A stretch of 64,000 bases of DNA from Hydrolagus affinis (GCA_012026655.1 JAAILG010000264.1:1-64000); one strand, 5' to 3'. Counted from the stretch's first letter, positions 23,740 through 34,550 are shown. Notes: generated by a model from the letters alone, not told the origin. Numbers and translations are program-made.

Positions 23740-23870
23740 CATAAGAACATAAGAAGCAGGAGCAGGAGTAGGCTATTCGGCCCATCGAGCCTGCCCCGCC
23801 ATTCAATCATAGCTGGTATTCCATTCTAACTCCAGCTTCCTGCCTTATCCTCATACCCCTTAATCCCTTT
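23740..23870 (-). mobile_element. CR1 LINE 3' end
   Basis: CATAAGAACATAAGAAGCAGGAGCAGGAGTAGGCTATTCGGCCCATCGAGCCTG; 8-nt terminal repeat typical of CR1; other CR1-like remnants near 6930-7080, 57460-57615 and 58070. Confidence 0.7.
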
Positions 23871-23891
23871 ATGAATGAACATTACACTTAC

Positions 23892-23978
23892 AATTATTCC
23901 ACGCATGTCAAACATTCTGCTCCCCATGTTAGACAACATGTTCTCCATGTGCTTGAATGGGTCCATTGGCTCAGCAAC
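23892..23978 (-). CDS. MLF1: MLF1 exon 3
   Basis: VAEPMDPFKHMENMLSNMGSRMFDMRGII|gtaagt; Met-rich like the corresponding MLF1 segment. Confidence 0.85.
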
Positions 23979-24334
23979 CTATCATAATAAACCAAATACA
24001 TTGTGAGGAAGCAAGTGAAGTGGATTTAAATGCAGTGGATGACATCAACAGTGTACAACGATCCCCACTGTGAAATAAATTTTACCTGAACGTTTGCTGC
24101 TTGCATTAGAAGAAAGATCAATGTAGGACTTCATATGATAATCATCATGTCACTAGGATGATACAAGGTATAAGACAATGTATTCTGTATGAAGTAATGC
24201 TATCTAAACTGGGACTCTTTCTCCTGGAGTAGAGGAGTTTGGGAAGGGAAATTGAGGCTGGTCCAAATCAGGAAAGGGAATGCGATTCTTTCCGAGCTGC
24301 AAATTATTAAGCGATAACGGGAAGGAGATTATAA

Positions 24335-24756
24335 ATAATAATAATAATTCTTGCATTTGATATAGCGCTTTTCACATCTTTTAGATGTCTCAAAGAACTT
24401 CACAGAATATATTGAATATTTGTGCGTGAAACATGACAGCCAATTGTGTATAGCAGTGTCCCACAAACAGTCGTGGATTGAAATGACCAATTTTATTATA
24501 GGTTTTATTTTGAAGGATTATTATTAGGCGTGTGGAGTAAGGAAACTTGCCCAAGGTTTCGCCCTGACCTGCCTGGATTTGAAACACAGGTCTCATGCTT
24601 GTAAGGTGAGTGCTTCAACCACCTTACTACCTTGGGACGTTGTTGTATTCTGTGAAGCATTTTGAGATATCGATAAGATGTGGTAAGCGCTATATAAATG
24701 TAAGGATTATTATTATATTATTATATTATTATAACCACTGACTTACAGGACTTCAC
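24335..24756 (-). mobile_element. Same SINE family, head interrupted by an opposite-strand tail insertion
   Basis: AACCAC duplicated at 24617 and 24733 around the inserted tail. Confidence 0.8.
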
Positions 24757-25386
24757 GATTAATCTCATGCTGTTCAATGGTTTCATAGTGCATGGACAAT
24801 GGACTTCATGTTTTATTTTTCCAATGCAGAATACATGTTGCATGTTTTGCACGTTACATACAGATTAACACAATTTAGTTACGTTTGAAACACCGAGTTC
24901 TCTGTGTATCAGAGCCTCGAGAACAAGAGCATCATATCTTCTCCCTAGATCACATCTTGATCAAAGCCTCTTTACTATCACTCCCCCTTCCCACATGGAG
25001 CTCAAAGATAAAGTAGTTCTGCTACCTGATGCACATAGAGTATCTATTCCAATAGAAAAGTGACACCCAGTGGATTAAGTGCAGGCTGATGGCTCATAAT
25101 GCAAAAGGTGCTGGATAAACTATGTACAGGATTGTGCGATTGTGTGTGTATGTATAAAATACGTTTTTTTTAAAAAAAACTTCTTAATTCTAGGGATCCA
25201 ATTCAAGCAACCATTCATTAAGGAGAGATGGACTAATCTTGTTTTACCAACAGAAAAACATGATTAACACGCAATTAGCTGTGGTTAAGATTTAACTACA
25301 GTACAATATTTCAAAAGGCATTCTGTCTTAGCACTAGCAGTCATCACTGACAAACATTTTGGAGTTTCCAACTTAACTATACAGTA

Positions 25387-25948
25387 CAGTTAACCCTTGT
25401 CAGGAGTTACATTCCTGGAAAACTGCGCAATCAGTAAAATCACATTGGATAAGGTTAACAAGTAATGGGAAAAGGGGAGTTAGGCGAATCCAGCCACCTC
25501 AAGCCTCCAGGCACATCCACACCCGACCAATGCAAGGTATGTACTGAGGCAGGCTACAGCCGGCTGGCCCGCTCTCCCCCAGCAATAAAGCAACAGTATC
25601 GCAAAGCAATAAAGCATAAAGCAATAAAACAACAGCTAAATTATGTTATCTTTGTTCCTGGAAGTGTTAGGAGACTATCTCTCTCTCTGTCTCTTCTGTT
25701 TACCATTCAATGCTCCGAGGCCGAAGAGTCATCGGACGTTCACAAGGATGCATTGTGCACGGGGCTAGCCAGCCGAGGAATAATTGGATTTAGTCGGGAG
25801 CTGCCGGCACCTCACAACTGCATGCGTGCGGGGCCAGCCAGCGTGTCCATACAAGTTTTATGCGCCCTGTGCAAAAAAGTAACGCTTTTTTTCATCGTGT
25901 ATGCTTTAATTCGCAATCGACAAAGTCACCTTCGACGAAGGTTAACTG
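25387..25948. mobile_element. Tigger/pogo-like MITE, second family
   Basis: TA|CAGTTAACC ... GGTTAACTG|TA; CpG-rich interior; explains ORF 25465-25986. Confidence 0.7.
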
Positions 25949-26039
25949 TACTGTCAATAAAACCACACGAAAAGATACAGGAATAGCAATTATTTTTACC
26001 AGGCTAATTAAAATTTCTGTCAGACAATTAAAATAGAAT

Positions 26040-26177
26040 CAAAACACAAAATACTACAGATGCTGGGAATCTGAAACAAAAACAGAATTTGCTGGGGAAA
26101 CTCAGCAGGTCAGGCAGCATCCATGGAGAAAGGAAAGCGAATCAAGGATTCGGGTCCATGACCCTTCGTCAGAAATA
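26040..26177 (-). mobile_element. Same Penelope-type element, single arm with hammerhead core
   Basis: Minus strand CTGACGA-A-GGGTC-ATG-GACCC-GAAT; 14-bp direct repeat AATTAAAAYAGAAT (26026, 26178). Confidence 0.6.
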
Positions 26178-26781
26178 AATTAAAACAGAATGACTATTTG
26201 TACTGTATTTCAGGTTGCTCTGGCTTTAGAAAAGCAAAGCTTATTGAAATCCTTATTAGTACTTAGACTTGTCTTTCTAAAATGCGAAATAAATTTTTCA
26301 GAGAAAAATTATACATGCAGTACTAACCCTACTACCAAAAGAGTGAAAAGGTACGAGCGAACGGCTGATTTCCTGAAAAACATCAGAAATAGAAAATTGC
26401 AGCCTTTCACAACATTTCTGTGAAATTGACATTATTTTTTAAGCATTGTATATTATACCGGGACATTTCCTTGAAGAAAGAATGATATAGAAAACATGCT
26501 CCACTGTACAGCAAATCTATCGAACATTGTGGGAACTGGATCTCTGAAAGGTAAGTCGAGGAAGGAAAAACAAGTTTGAAATGTCACAATAATGAAACTA
26601 CTGTATTTACATTTCTCTGCCTAGGTGTTATATGTTTACAGTTCACTCAACAAATTCTACAAAGAAAGTATCCAGCAAGAGACACTGGCACCTCTCGATG
26701 TAACTCCAGCGTTTGCTACTTTAAAATCTACAAAATAATCGATGAATTAGAACTAGAGTATTAAAACATTAAGTAGCATAC

Positions 26782-26914
26782 CCTGCGATCATCATTGAAA
26801 GATGAGCCTGGTTCCAGTTGTCTGTTTTTACCAAAAAATTGATCGAGTTGAAAGCCATCTGAAAAATGTCTCATCATCTTATTCATGTGCTCTTGATGTG
26901 CATGGAATGGCTCC
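26782..26914 (-). CDS. MLF1: MLF1 exon 2
   Basis: EPFHAHQEHMNKMMRHFSDGFQLDQFFGKNRQLEPGSSFNDDRR|gtatg. Confidence 0.9.
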
Positions 26915-27049
26915 CTAAATAGGGAGAAAATTAATACTTTTGTATTTTATTTATGTTAGACAGCATATTAAATATAATAAAAAGGGAAAGAATAGATGAT
27001 AATAAGTAGATACACTGCCTTATCATGTCATAAACACTTCACAGATCTT

Positions 27050-28169
27050 TCACCTCTGTGGGACTCGCCTGGTTCGAGTCTGCCTCACAAACCGCCAATA
27101 GTACATCACCACAAATGGCTTTTCCTCCCGCTCTCATCTGGTTACCTGTAGGGTACCCCAAGGATCCATCCCTGTCCCCTTCCCCTTCCTAATCTATATG
27201 CTCCCTCTTGGTGATATCATCCGCAGACATGGGGTACACTTCCACATGTATGTGGATGACACCCAACTCTATTTTTCCACCTCACTTTGCAACCTCCAGT
27301 CCCCTGATGTTCTGTCAGCCTGCCTGTCAGATACCAGGAGCTGGATGTGTGCGAATTTCCTGCAGCTGAATGTTGACAAGACGGAAGCCATACTCTTTGG
27401 CTCTTGTCTTCAGTCACATGGCTCTCAACTACTCCACCTACCCGACCTGCCCTAAAAGTCTCCGAACCCATAAGCAACTTTGGTGTCAGGTTCGACCCCC
27501 AACTGTCCTTCCTCTCCGGTGCCTCACCAGCACTGCTTTTTTCCACCTGTGACATATTGCCCATCTCCAGCAATACCTTGCCCCAAAAGCAGCTGAAACC
27601 CTGGTCCATGCCTTTGTCACCTCTCGGCTGGACCTTGCAAATGCACTCCTCGCTGATCTCCCCTCCACCACAATCCATAAAATCCAGCTCACTCAGAACT
27701 CTGCCGCCGCATTCTCACCAAACTTCGCTCCCCCATTACCCCAGTCCTTGCCAGACTTCACTGGCTCCCTGTCCCAGAGAGGATCGATTTCAAGATCCTC
27801 ACTCTTGTCTTCAAATCTCTCCACTCCTCTGCACCCCCCTGCCTCTCTGATCTCCTCTCTCCCCAAAACGTTACCCGTTGCCTTCGCTCCTCCGATTCTG
27901 GTCTCCTCCTTGTCCCCTGAATCCTCCGCTCCACCATCGGCGGTCGTGCCTTCGGCCACTATGCCCCGAAGCTTTGGAAATCCCTTCCTCACTCCCTTCG
28001 CCTCACCCCCTCTCTTCTTAGTTTCAGGTCTCAGTTGAAGACTTTTTCGACCACGCCTTTGGTGACCTTTTTCCCCCTGCCCATGGCTTGGGCCTGGGAT
28101 CCGTTATTGTGAAGCACTGTGAGACGCCATCTGGCGTGGAGGGCGCTATAGAAATCAAAGTTGTTGTTG
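27050..28169 (+). mobile_element. 5'-truncated L2-clade LINE (degenerate RT C-terminus, 3' UTR, (TTG)n tail)
   Basis: VPQGS...LPLGDIIRRHGVHFHMYVDDTQLY (YxDD motif), frameshifted; tail GAGACGCCATCTGGCGTGGAGGGCGCTATAGAAATCAAAGTTGTTGTTG. Confidence 0.9.
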
Positions 28170-29380
28170 TCTTTACTGTAAACCTAATGACAGTACATTT
28201 GTAGGTGAATGCAGCAATCGGTTTGCATGTAAACTGCCAAGAAATGAATGATCAATAATATTTGGAAAGTCATTTGAGAGGAAACTGGGAGAAACTCTTC
28301 TCTTTTCAATAGTGTTATAGAATCTTTAACATGGATTTGTTGTAAAAACCATATGTACAGATGCAATTCAGGATAATTTCTTTCATAATTAATTGAGGCT
28401 ATATTGGGTGTACCCAGTTTGTTTGCAGTAAAATTTGCCCAGTTCATCCTTTAAATAATCCAAATAACAAACAACCCAAACATGTCTGGGCTTACTTAAT
28501 ACAGAATAAAGTTAACAAGCACGGCTCAAGTTTAGCTACGTAGTCTTGAATGCTATTTAAAATTTATTAACTACAGTAGTTTCATGCTTTTCAGAAATGA
28601 ATAGTTAATTCCTTCAGCATGTTGCTCGAGACTTTTGCCTTGATCATTACACAGGTCTTCAGCACCCCCACCCCCAGCCAACCCCAATGTAATAATTCCT
28701 GTGCATGAAGCAAATTTAAAAACAGCCCTTTCACAAAATCACCTTCCACTATTTGTGGAGTTCTTAGAAATGGTGTGTTGCGACAGTATCGCTGTCATCA
28801 AAGTGTTTTGTTGGCGTTGCCATGATAGAAAAAGCTTGGGAGGCAGGGAGAGAGAGAGAGAGAGAAAGAGCAAGGTCAACTGCTTTGGACTATAGCTTGA
28901 TATGGCAAAGTTGATGTACGGCTCTCTCTGATCGCCTTTTTTTGGACTCTGTCCCAGTCAACTCGAATGCCCTTGAACAGCTCACGGTCAGGCGACGTGC
29001 AAGTTATTCTTATACCAAACATTCAAATAAAACTCAGACCACTAGGATACAGCCCTCCTCTCTGCCCCCAACCCCACCCTTATAACCCCACCTCCATCTA
29101 CAACATCCACATTGAAAACACTGGGTGGGAAATATATCACCCGGATACAATAATAATAATCCTTGCATTTGATAATAGCGCCTTATCAGACGTCTCAAAG
29201 CCCTTCACCGAATATACGTCGCAAAGGGAATTGACTGTACATTTTGTGGGCAAAGTGCAGAAGGTCAACTGCACGCAGATATAACAACAACAATATAAAC
29301 TGTACACACAGGGAAAAAAATGGGACGCTCTCTCTGGGAGAAATTTAGCACAAAACAGCAAACTTACCAGTTTAAAGGGT

Positions 29381-29436
29381 TAGAGTCTCGGGATAGCTGG
29401 AGTCTCGGGATAGCTAGAGTCTCGGGATAGAGTCTC
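29381..29436. repeat. 17-nt tandem repeat (about 3 copies)
   Basis: GAGTCTCGGGATAG(CTR) repeated, running into a SINE-tail fragment. Confidence 0.8.
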
Positions 29437-29859
29437 AAAGCGCTTCACCAGATTTCAAGTTTTTTGAATGCAAAATAATCAAACCTCACTCACCCCTCCC
29501 CTCCCTCCCTCCCTCCCCACACACACCCCTGCCCTAATTGCCCCCCTTCTTCCCACCACCACCCCATCCAAAAAAAACACCCCACAGGAAACCACAGACA
29601 ACTAACTATAACTAATTTAACTAAGAATTGGCGGTGTTTAACCCTCTTGCCAACCCCCTCCAGCCACCACCAAAAAAAATATTATTTATTACCAACAATT
29701 TAGGACATCACCTCAACTGTGGGTATATTATATATATATCGTCTGTGTCGCCTATGTGTTTGTTTTTTTCTTTCAGTATATAAATGTATACACTAGAGAT
29801 AGATAGATAGATAGATAGAACACCTAACTATCTATCTGCTTTATTCAAGAAAAATCTTA

Positions 29860-30480
29860 CCTGAAGAACGGATCGTCCTCAAAATCGCGAAACATGTTGT
29901 TGAACATCTCACTCAAACCGGCCTCAGTCACTCGACTCCTCAACTCCAACGGTTCAGCGCGAGCGACGACCCCAGGCTCTGACACTAACTCTGCCCCCTC
30001 CCCCTCCCGGCTGTTCTGTTCCATCTCCCCCTCCCCCCTCTCTTCCCCCCGCCGCCACGCGCGGTAACCAACGGCAACGCGTCCCAGGCGCCGATTCTGA
30101 TTGGACTCCTTTCGGTCACGTGCCGAGTGTTTGTTGTGGTTTCAAGCCTCACAACAGCGGCGCGCGTCACTATGACAACAAGCGCAGGCCAGCAGGATAA
30201 TGTCGCGTTACGTCACGCCAACGGCACAACCCGCCCGCCCACCCGCTCAAAGCCAACGGTTGGTTCAACAACAACAACAACAACCACCACACAATGACAC
30301 TTGTGCAGGCAGCGAGTGAAGAGGGAGGAATTGGGAAGTTCGACAAGTTGGTGTAGTTCGAGCCTGGATTCACCCGGGGAATTTGAATTTTGAAACTCAA
30401 AAGGCAGGCGGCCCGCCAAGCCACTCCTCCATCACAAGAGTGCGCTTTGGGGGGGTAACCGCCGGAAGAAAAAAAAACAC
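29860..30480. promoter_or_regulatory. CpG island / MLF1 promoter with RFX X-boxes, MYB sites, CCAAT, E-box and CRE-like motifs
   Basis: GTAACCAACGGCAAC 30064-30078, GTCACTATGACAAC 30166-30179, four CCAACGG, GATTGG near 30100, GTCACGTG near 30115, TTACGTCA near 30208. Confidence 0.75.
29861..29907 (-). CDS. MLF1: MLF1 exon 1
   Basis: MFNNMFRDFEDDPFF-AG|gtaag; 47 nt. Confidence 0.93.
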
Positions 30481-30640
30481 GAGGGGGGAGTTTTAAAACT
30501 CATTTGGAGGGGATATTGTGGGTGGGAATTTGTTGGTAAAAAGGAAGATTATGTACGGTCCAGTTGGTTCGACTTCCACCATCTTGGCAGTCGCTTTGAC
30601 ATGTCGTGTCCCAAAACCGTACACTGTCCCCAGATATCCC

Positions 30641-30923
30641 CTTCTAGACGTCTCAAAGCGCTTTGCAGAATATACTGTAAAGGGAATTGACTGTATATTT
30701 TGTGGGCGAAACACGGCAGCCAATTGCGCACAGCAGCGTCCCACAAACAGTCGAGGATTAACATTAACAATTTATTGTTTTTTGGGGGGTGGGGTGAGGG
30801 GTTATTATCAGGCGTGTGGAGTAAGGAATCCTGCCCAAGGTTTCGCCCTGACCTGCCTGGAACCGAACCCAGGTCTCTCGCTTGCAAGGCGAGTGTTCTA
30901 ACCACTGAGCTACAGGACTCCAC
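30641..30923 (-). mobile_element. Same SINE family, between the RSRC1 3' end and the MLF1 promoter
   Basis: Intact head with anticodon-like arm CTCGC-CTTGCAA-GCGAG; tail end missing. Confidence 0.87.
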
Positions 30924-31313
30924 AACATTCTGAGAATGCCGGGACGGGGGAAAAGAAGAGCCGTGAGTTGTAAAATAGCTTTCAGAGACAACTTAGACCA
31001 AGGAATTCTGAAATTTTATTGGCAATTCTCATGTAATCTGTTGAATAACATGGTATGCTATAAACCCCGCTGTTATTTCACACACGATATGGCACAACTT
31101 TCATTTTCAGTACAGGGAAGGTCTCAGCCATGATACACTCACTATTCATTGAAATTGAAGTAACATTTTTCTGGTATAAATTTCACAAAACAGATCACTA
31201 CGAATTAACTCACTCTCTGGTAGAAGAAATACAAACATCAGTTTCACAAGATAAAACAATTGGTGGGTTTACGAACACTTATGACCATAGAAATCAACTG
31301 TTCAAAACCAAAA

Positions 31314-31412
31314 TCAGAATCCAGACACTGGGCTTCCCATCAATTTTTCCTGCCGCAGAGTAATTAACCTCTTAAACCACTTTTCTTCGGCTTCTTTCTT
31401 GTCAACAAACAG
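31314..31412 (-). CDS. RSRC1: RSRC1 last coding exon
   Basis: [32 protein letters not shown]; minus-strand AATAAA at 31015-31020. Confidence 0.95.
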   Translation of the reverse strand: MFVDKKEAEEKWFKRLITLRQEKLMGSPVSGF

Positions 31413-31549
31413 CTGCAAAAGAAAAATGCACACAAATAATTTAAACTCAAAACAATAGGTATTTATAGTTCCAATTCACCATTACATGCCATGAAATCTT
31501 TTAAATCTTTTTTGTTTTCTATTTATATTTTCTGAAAGGGATCCTCATC

Positions 31550-31945
31550 CAGAGGATCCAATTCAAGGTACTGGTCCTCACATTCAAAGCCCCCCACGCT
31601 CTCAGCCCACTCTATATCTGTGACTAACCCCCTACCAACCCCCGCCCCTTCCGCTCAGCAGGCTCTGGCCTGCTTCATGTCACCCGACCCACCTGCCCCA
31701 CCATTGGCTGGCAAGCCTTTGGCCATTCTGCTCCCAACCTCTGGAAGGCTCCATCCTGCAGTTCCTCCACCTTGCCCCCCTCCCTGGCCTCCTTCAAGTC
31801 CCGCCTCAAGACCCTCTTTGACGGTCCCATCGGTCACCCCAAATCCCTCCCTATCCCTGTCCCTAGGTTGGGTCTGAAACAATGACTGTCCAGTACCTTG
31901 GAACATCTTCCTGACGTGAAAGGTGCTATATAAATTGAATACAAA
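31550..31945 (+). mobile_element. L2 LINE 3' fragment
   Basis: RIQFKVLVLTFKA remnant and GACGTGAAAGGTGCTATATAAAT tail. Confidence 0.78.
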
Positions 31946-32033
31946 TTTCAAGAGGATTGTTCCCTTGTGGAAGTGGTGTATCACCATATGATAACATAAT
32001 CTGTCAAAGTAAACTTCATCACTAAATACTTAC

Positions 32034-32177
32034 ACTAGGATGAGCTAATGTGGCATCATCCTGGTATTTAATAGCTGAAGGGATGTAGTCAATCTCTTGT
32101 TTGATTCCAATGGTGTAATCAGCTGTCTTTGTGCCAAGAATGGCAGATTCATGCTCAGATTCAGTGGATTCTTGAGA
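32034..32177 (-). CDS. RSRC1: RSRC1 penultimate exon
   Basis: SQESTESEHESAILGTKTADYTIGIKQEIDYIPSAIKYQDDATLAHPS|gtaagt. Confidence 0.93.
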
Positions 32178-32219
32178 CTAAGTTTGTGAAAAGAAGAAAA
32201 ATATTATTGAATCATAAAT

Positions 32220-32510
32220 GAACATAATCCTTGCAATTAATATAGCACCTATCGCCTTGTTGAGACATCTCGAAGTGCTTCACAGGATATGTTGTAAAGT
32301 GGTTTGACTGTATTTTGTGGGCGAAACACGATAGCCAGTTACACATAGTAATGTTCCTCAAACAGCCATGAAGCGTGTGGCTAATTTTATTTGGGGAATT
32401 GCTGGCCAGAGAAACAGGAGAAACTCCCCTTTCTTCTTGAAACAGTGCCGTGGCTTTGACGTCTATCTGAACAGCAAACCTCAGTTTAACATCCCATCTG
32501 AAGGACATTT
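32220..32510 (-). mobile_element. Older DeuSINE copy with long Deu domain
   Basis: GTCCTTCAGATGGGATGTTAAACTGAGG...GGCACTGTTTCAAGAAGAAAGGGGAGTTTCTCC resembles the recalled AmnSINE1/SacSINE1 Deu domain. Confidence 0.65.
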
Positions 32511-33103
32511 CCCATACTAGGTCATTTTTCTAAATGAAGACTGATGCACATGTCTGAAATAATCCTCTATTCATGACCATCTTTTTGTATTGGGTAGATA
32601 GGGCAAATATGCATAATAGAGTACAGTATTCCTAAGCAGTTAGTTCCATGTAGTAATCAGCTTCACGTCAATATCTGTCACTTTTAGCAACCGGTGAATG
32701 AATACAAAGTAAATGTGGTTATTTATCTTAGCTCTGACATTGGTTGCATTTTGAAAACTTATTTTTTTTCCAAATCTGAAATTTAAGTGAAAGTACTTCA
32801 ATTTACTCATCAAGATCAGGGGAGACATTTTTTTTGAAAATTTGTGATCCATATTTTTCTGACTCACCGATGAACAATGAAATATTAGTTTAATGAGCTG
32901 AAGTTACAGACACACATCACTATAAATTACTGCAGTACCATAAATGAAATTCAGGAACTTTTATGTGTTTGCTGGAATAATTTAATTGAAAGTTACCAAT
33001 GATTTACAGAATGTAAATATGGGAGATCATGCTGGGTTTAACTTTGTCCATACAGTTCCTGGGGAAAAACTTAACCACGATTCTTGGGGTGAAGAAAGCC
33101 TAC

Positions 33104-33210
33104 CTTTTTTGTATCTTTATTTGATCGGAATGTGTGCTGAACAAAGGAATCACTTTCAATAGCTTCGATATCTTTCACTCGCTTTACCTGTTCTTCAATA
33201 GTAGTTTGTT
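33104..33210 (-). CDS. RSRC1: RSRC1 exon (third from last)
   Basis: (E)[35 protein letters not shown]. Confidence 0.95.
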
Positions 33211-34518
33211 CTGATGAAAAGAAAAGGAGAATTAACAATTATCATTATCTTGGAGAATTGCAGGCAGCCTGTGGACCAGGCAGATTTAAATGTTCTGTTG
33301 TGATGGGACAAGATCAACTGAATTGAGAAGACAAGGCAGCATGAATCTAAGTCAATTAAGCCTATCTCAGAATATAAGAATTTGCTGGGTGTGAAGGTAG
33401 ACCAATGTCCATCTATTTCGCCTTCCACTATCCTGGCAGTCACTTGACATGCCATGTCTCAAACTATATCCTGTATCCCCAGTTATTGTTTTCCAACAGA
33501 AATCTATCTAAATTATTCTTGAAACAAATGAGTTGGGTTAATAAACACATAAAATAGAAGGGACAAGAATACATTTTCATCAAACATCTATCTAAATTCT
33601 AAATATTGTTCTACCAGGTAAAATATATCACAGAAAAGCAAAGATAATATAATTTACAAAAGAGGACACACAGTATAATCAATTCTGATCCTTGACAATC
33701 AAGACAAGAATATAATGCGCTAGAATAGCTGGAAAAGAAGAATAAAGTTACCCTATGAATTTAATATATTTTCCCACAAAAGACTGAATGAAAAGGACAG
33801 ATGTAACCAAATGTTGAGCAAATATATCTGTAGGTGGCCAACTTAATTTATACTATATATACACAAGTAGATAGTTGAAAATAAAGCTTAATTTTTATTG
33901 AAAACTGTCCTGAGCTTGACTGACCCTAACTAACATTAATGGTGTTTAATGATAATGGTGTTTAATTACTGATTTGCCGACTTGTCATGTCACGAAAGAA
34001 CATGATACTGTGTCTATTCAAGCTGAAGAACTCATTAGTTTGGAGGTTCAACAAAGGAGACCTCAATTTATAAGCTTTAAATTTTCCCCAAGAAACGCTA
34101 ATGTCTTACTGTTAATATGCTTATTTTCTAATATATTTCCATAATAAATGACTCTCCAGGCACAGTCAATTGTCACAGGGAGAACAGATGATGCAAGCAA
34201 TCTGATGAAGAACTAAAGAGCTGCACTGCAGGTATGCTATTTGGGAGAAAGCAACAACATTGAGTGTTTTAACTGTGATCGAGTGAGCTTGTTCTCAGTT
34301 GAAAGAGGTACATTTTATTAGAAGGAATATACAACCTGGACAACAATATTAAGAGGGCCATTGCTGTCACGTTGGAACTTTTCAAGCGGACTCGATCTTT
34401 GGAACAGGTCTCTTTCTAAATGCTAAAATGCTGCCAATGCTTACCACCAAGAAAGACAACAAATTACACTTGTAAAGCATCGTTCATCGTCAGAAAAACA
34501 TCCTGGGGTGCTGGGCAG

Positions 34519-34519
<1 letters not shown>

Positions 34520-34550
<31 letters not shown>
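34520..34550. repeat. (AAT)n microsatellite
   Basis: About 10 perfect AAT units. Confidence 0.9.

Larger units (their letters stand above)
18174..29907 (-). other. MLF1: Gene span: myeloid leukemia factor 1, complete, 7 coding exons, 275 aa
   Basis: Exons 47+133+87+129+160+121+151 = 828 nt in frame; MLF motifs FEDDPFF, HSF.SS.V.TYSK, APGGIKETRK, IGHHI.DR.HVI, AFD.EW; lies between RSRC1 and GFM1 as in mammals. Confidence 0.95.

Noticed and set aside
25290-25350. Possible counterpart of the short alternative MLF1 exon, or a C/D snoRNA (GTGATGA on minus)
   Set aside because: No frame-compatible exon with credible splice sites, and no D box at a suitable distance.
25465-25986. 173-aa ORF
   Set aside because: Lies almost entirely in a TIR-bounded MITE, with no transposase DDE or HTH motif.
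27198-28038. Cluster of overlapping ORFs with a YVDD reverse-transcriptase motif
   Set aside because: Frameshifted, 5'-truncated L2 LINE remnant, not a functional gene or novel RT system.
29381-29436. Short direct repeats resembling a CRISPR array
   Set aside because: Contiguous tandem units without spacers in a vertebrate intron; no cas genes.
30860-30923. tRNA-Ala(TGC)-like cloverleaf with A and B boxes
   Set aside because: It is the head of a multicopy SINE; it has no proper acceptor stem and continues directly into the SINE body.
30560-33487. Similar 70-bp sequences at 30560-30640 and 33412-33487 flanking the last RSRC1 exons
   Set aside because: They look like two diverged fragments of a CR1-like 3' end rather than a local duplication.
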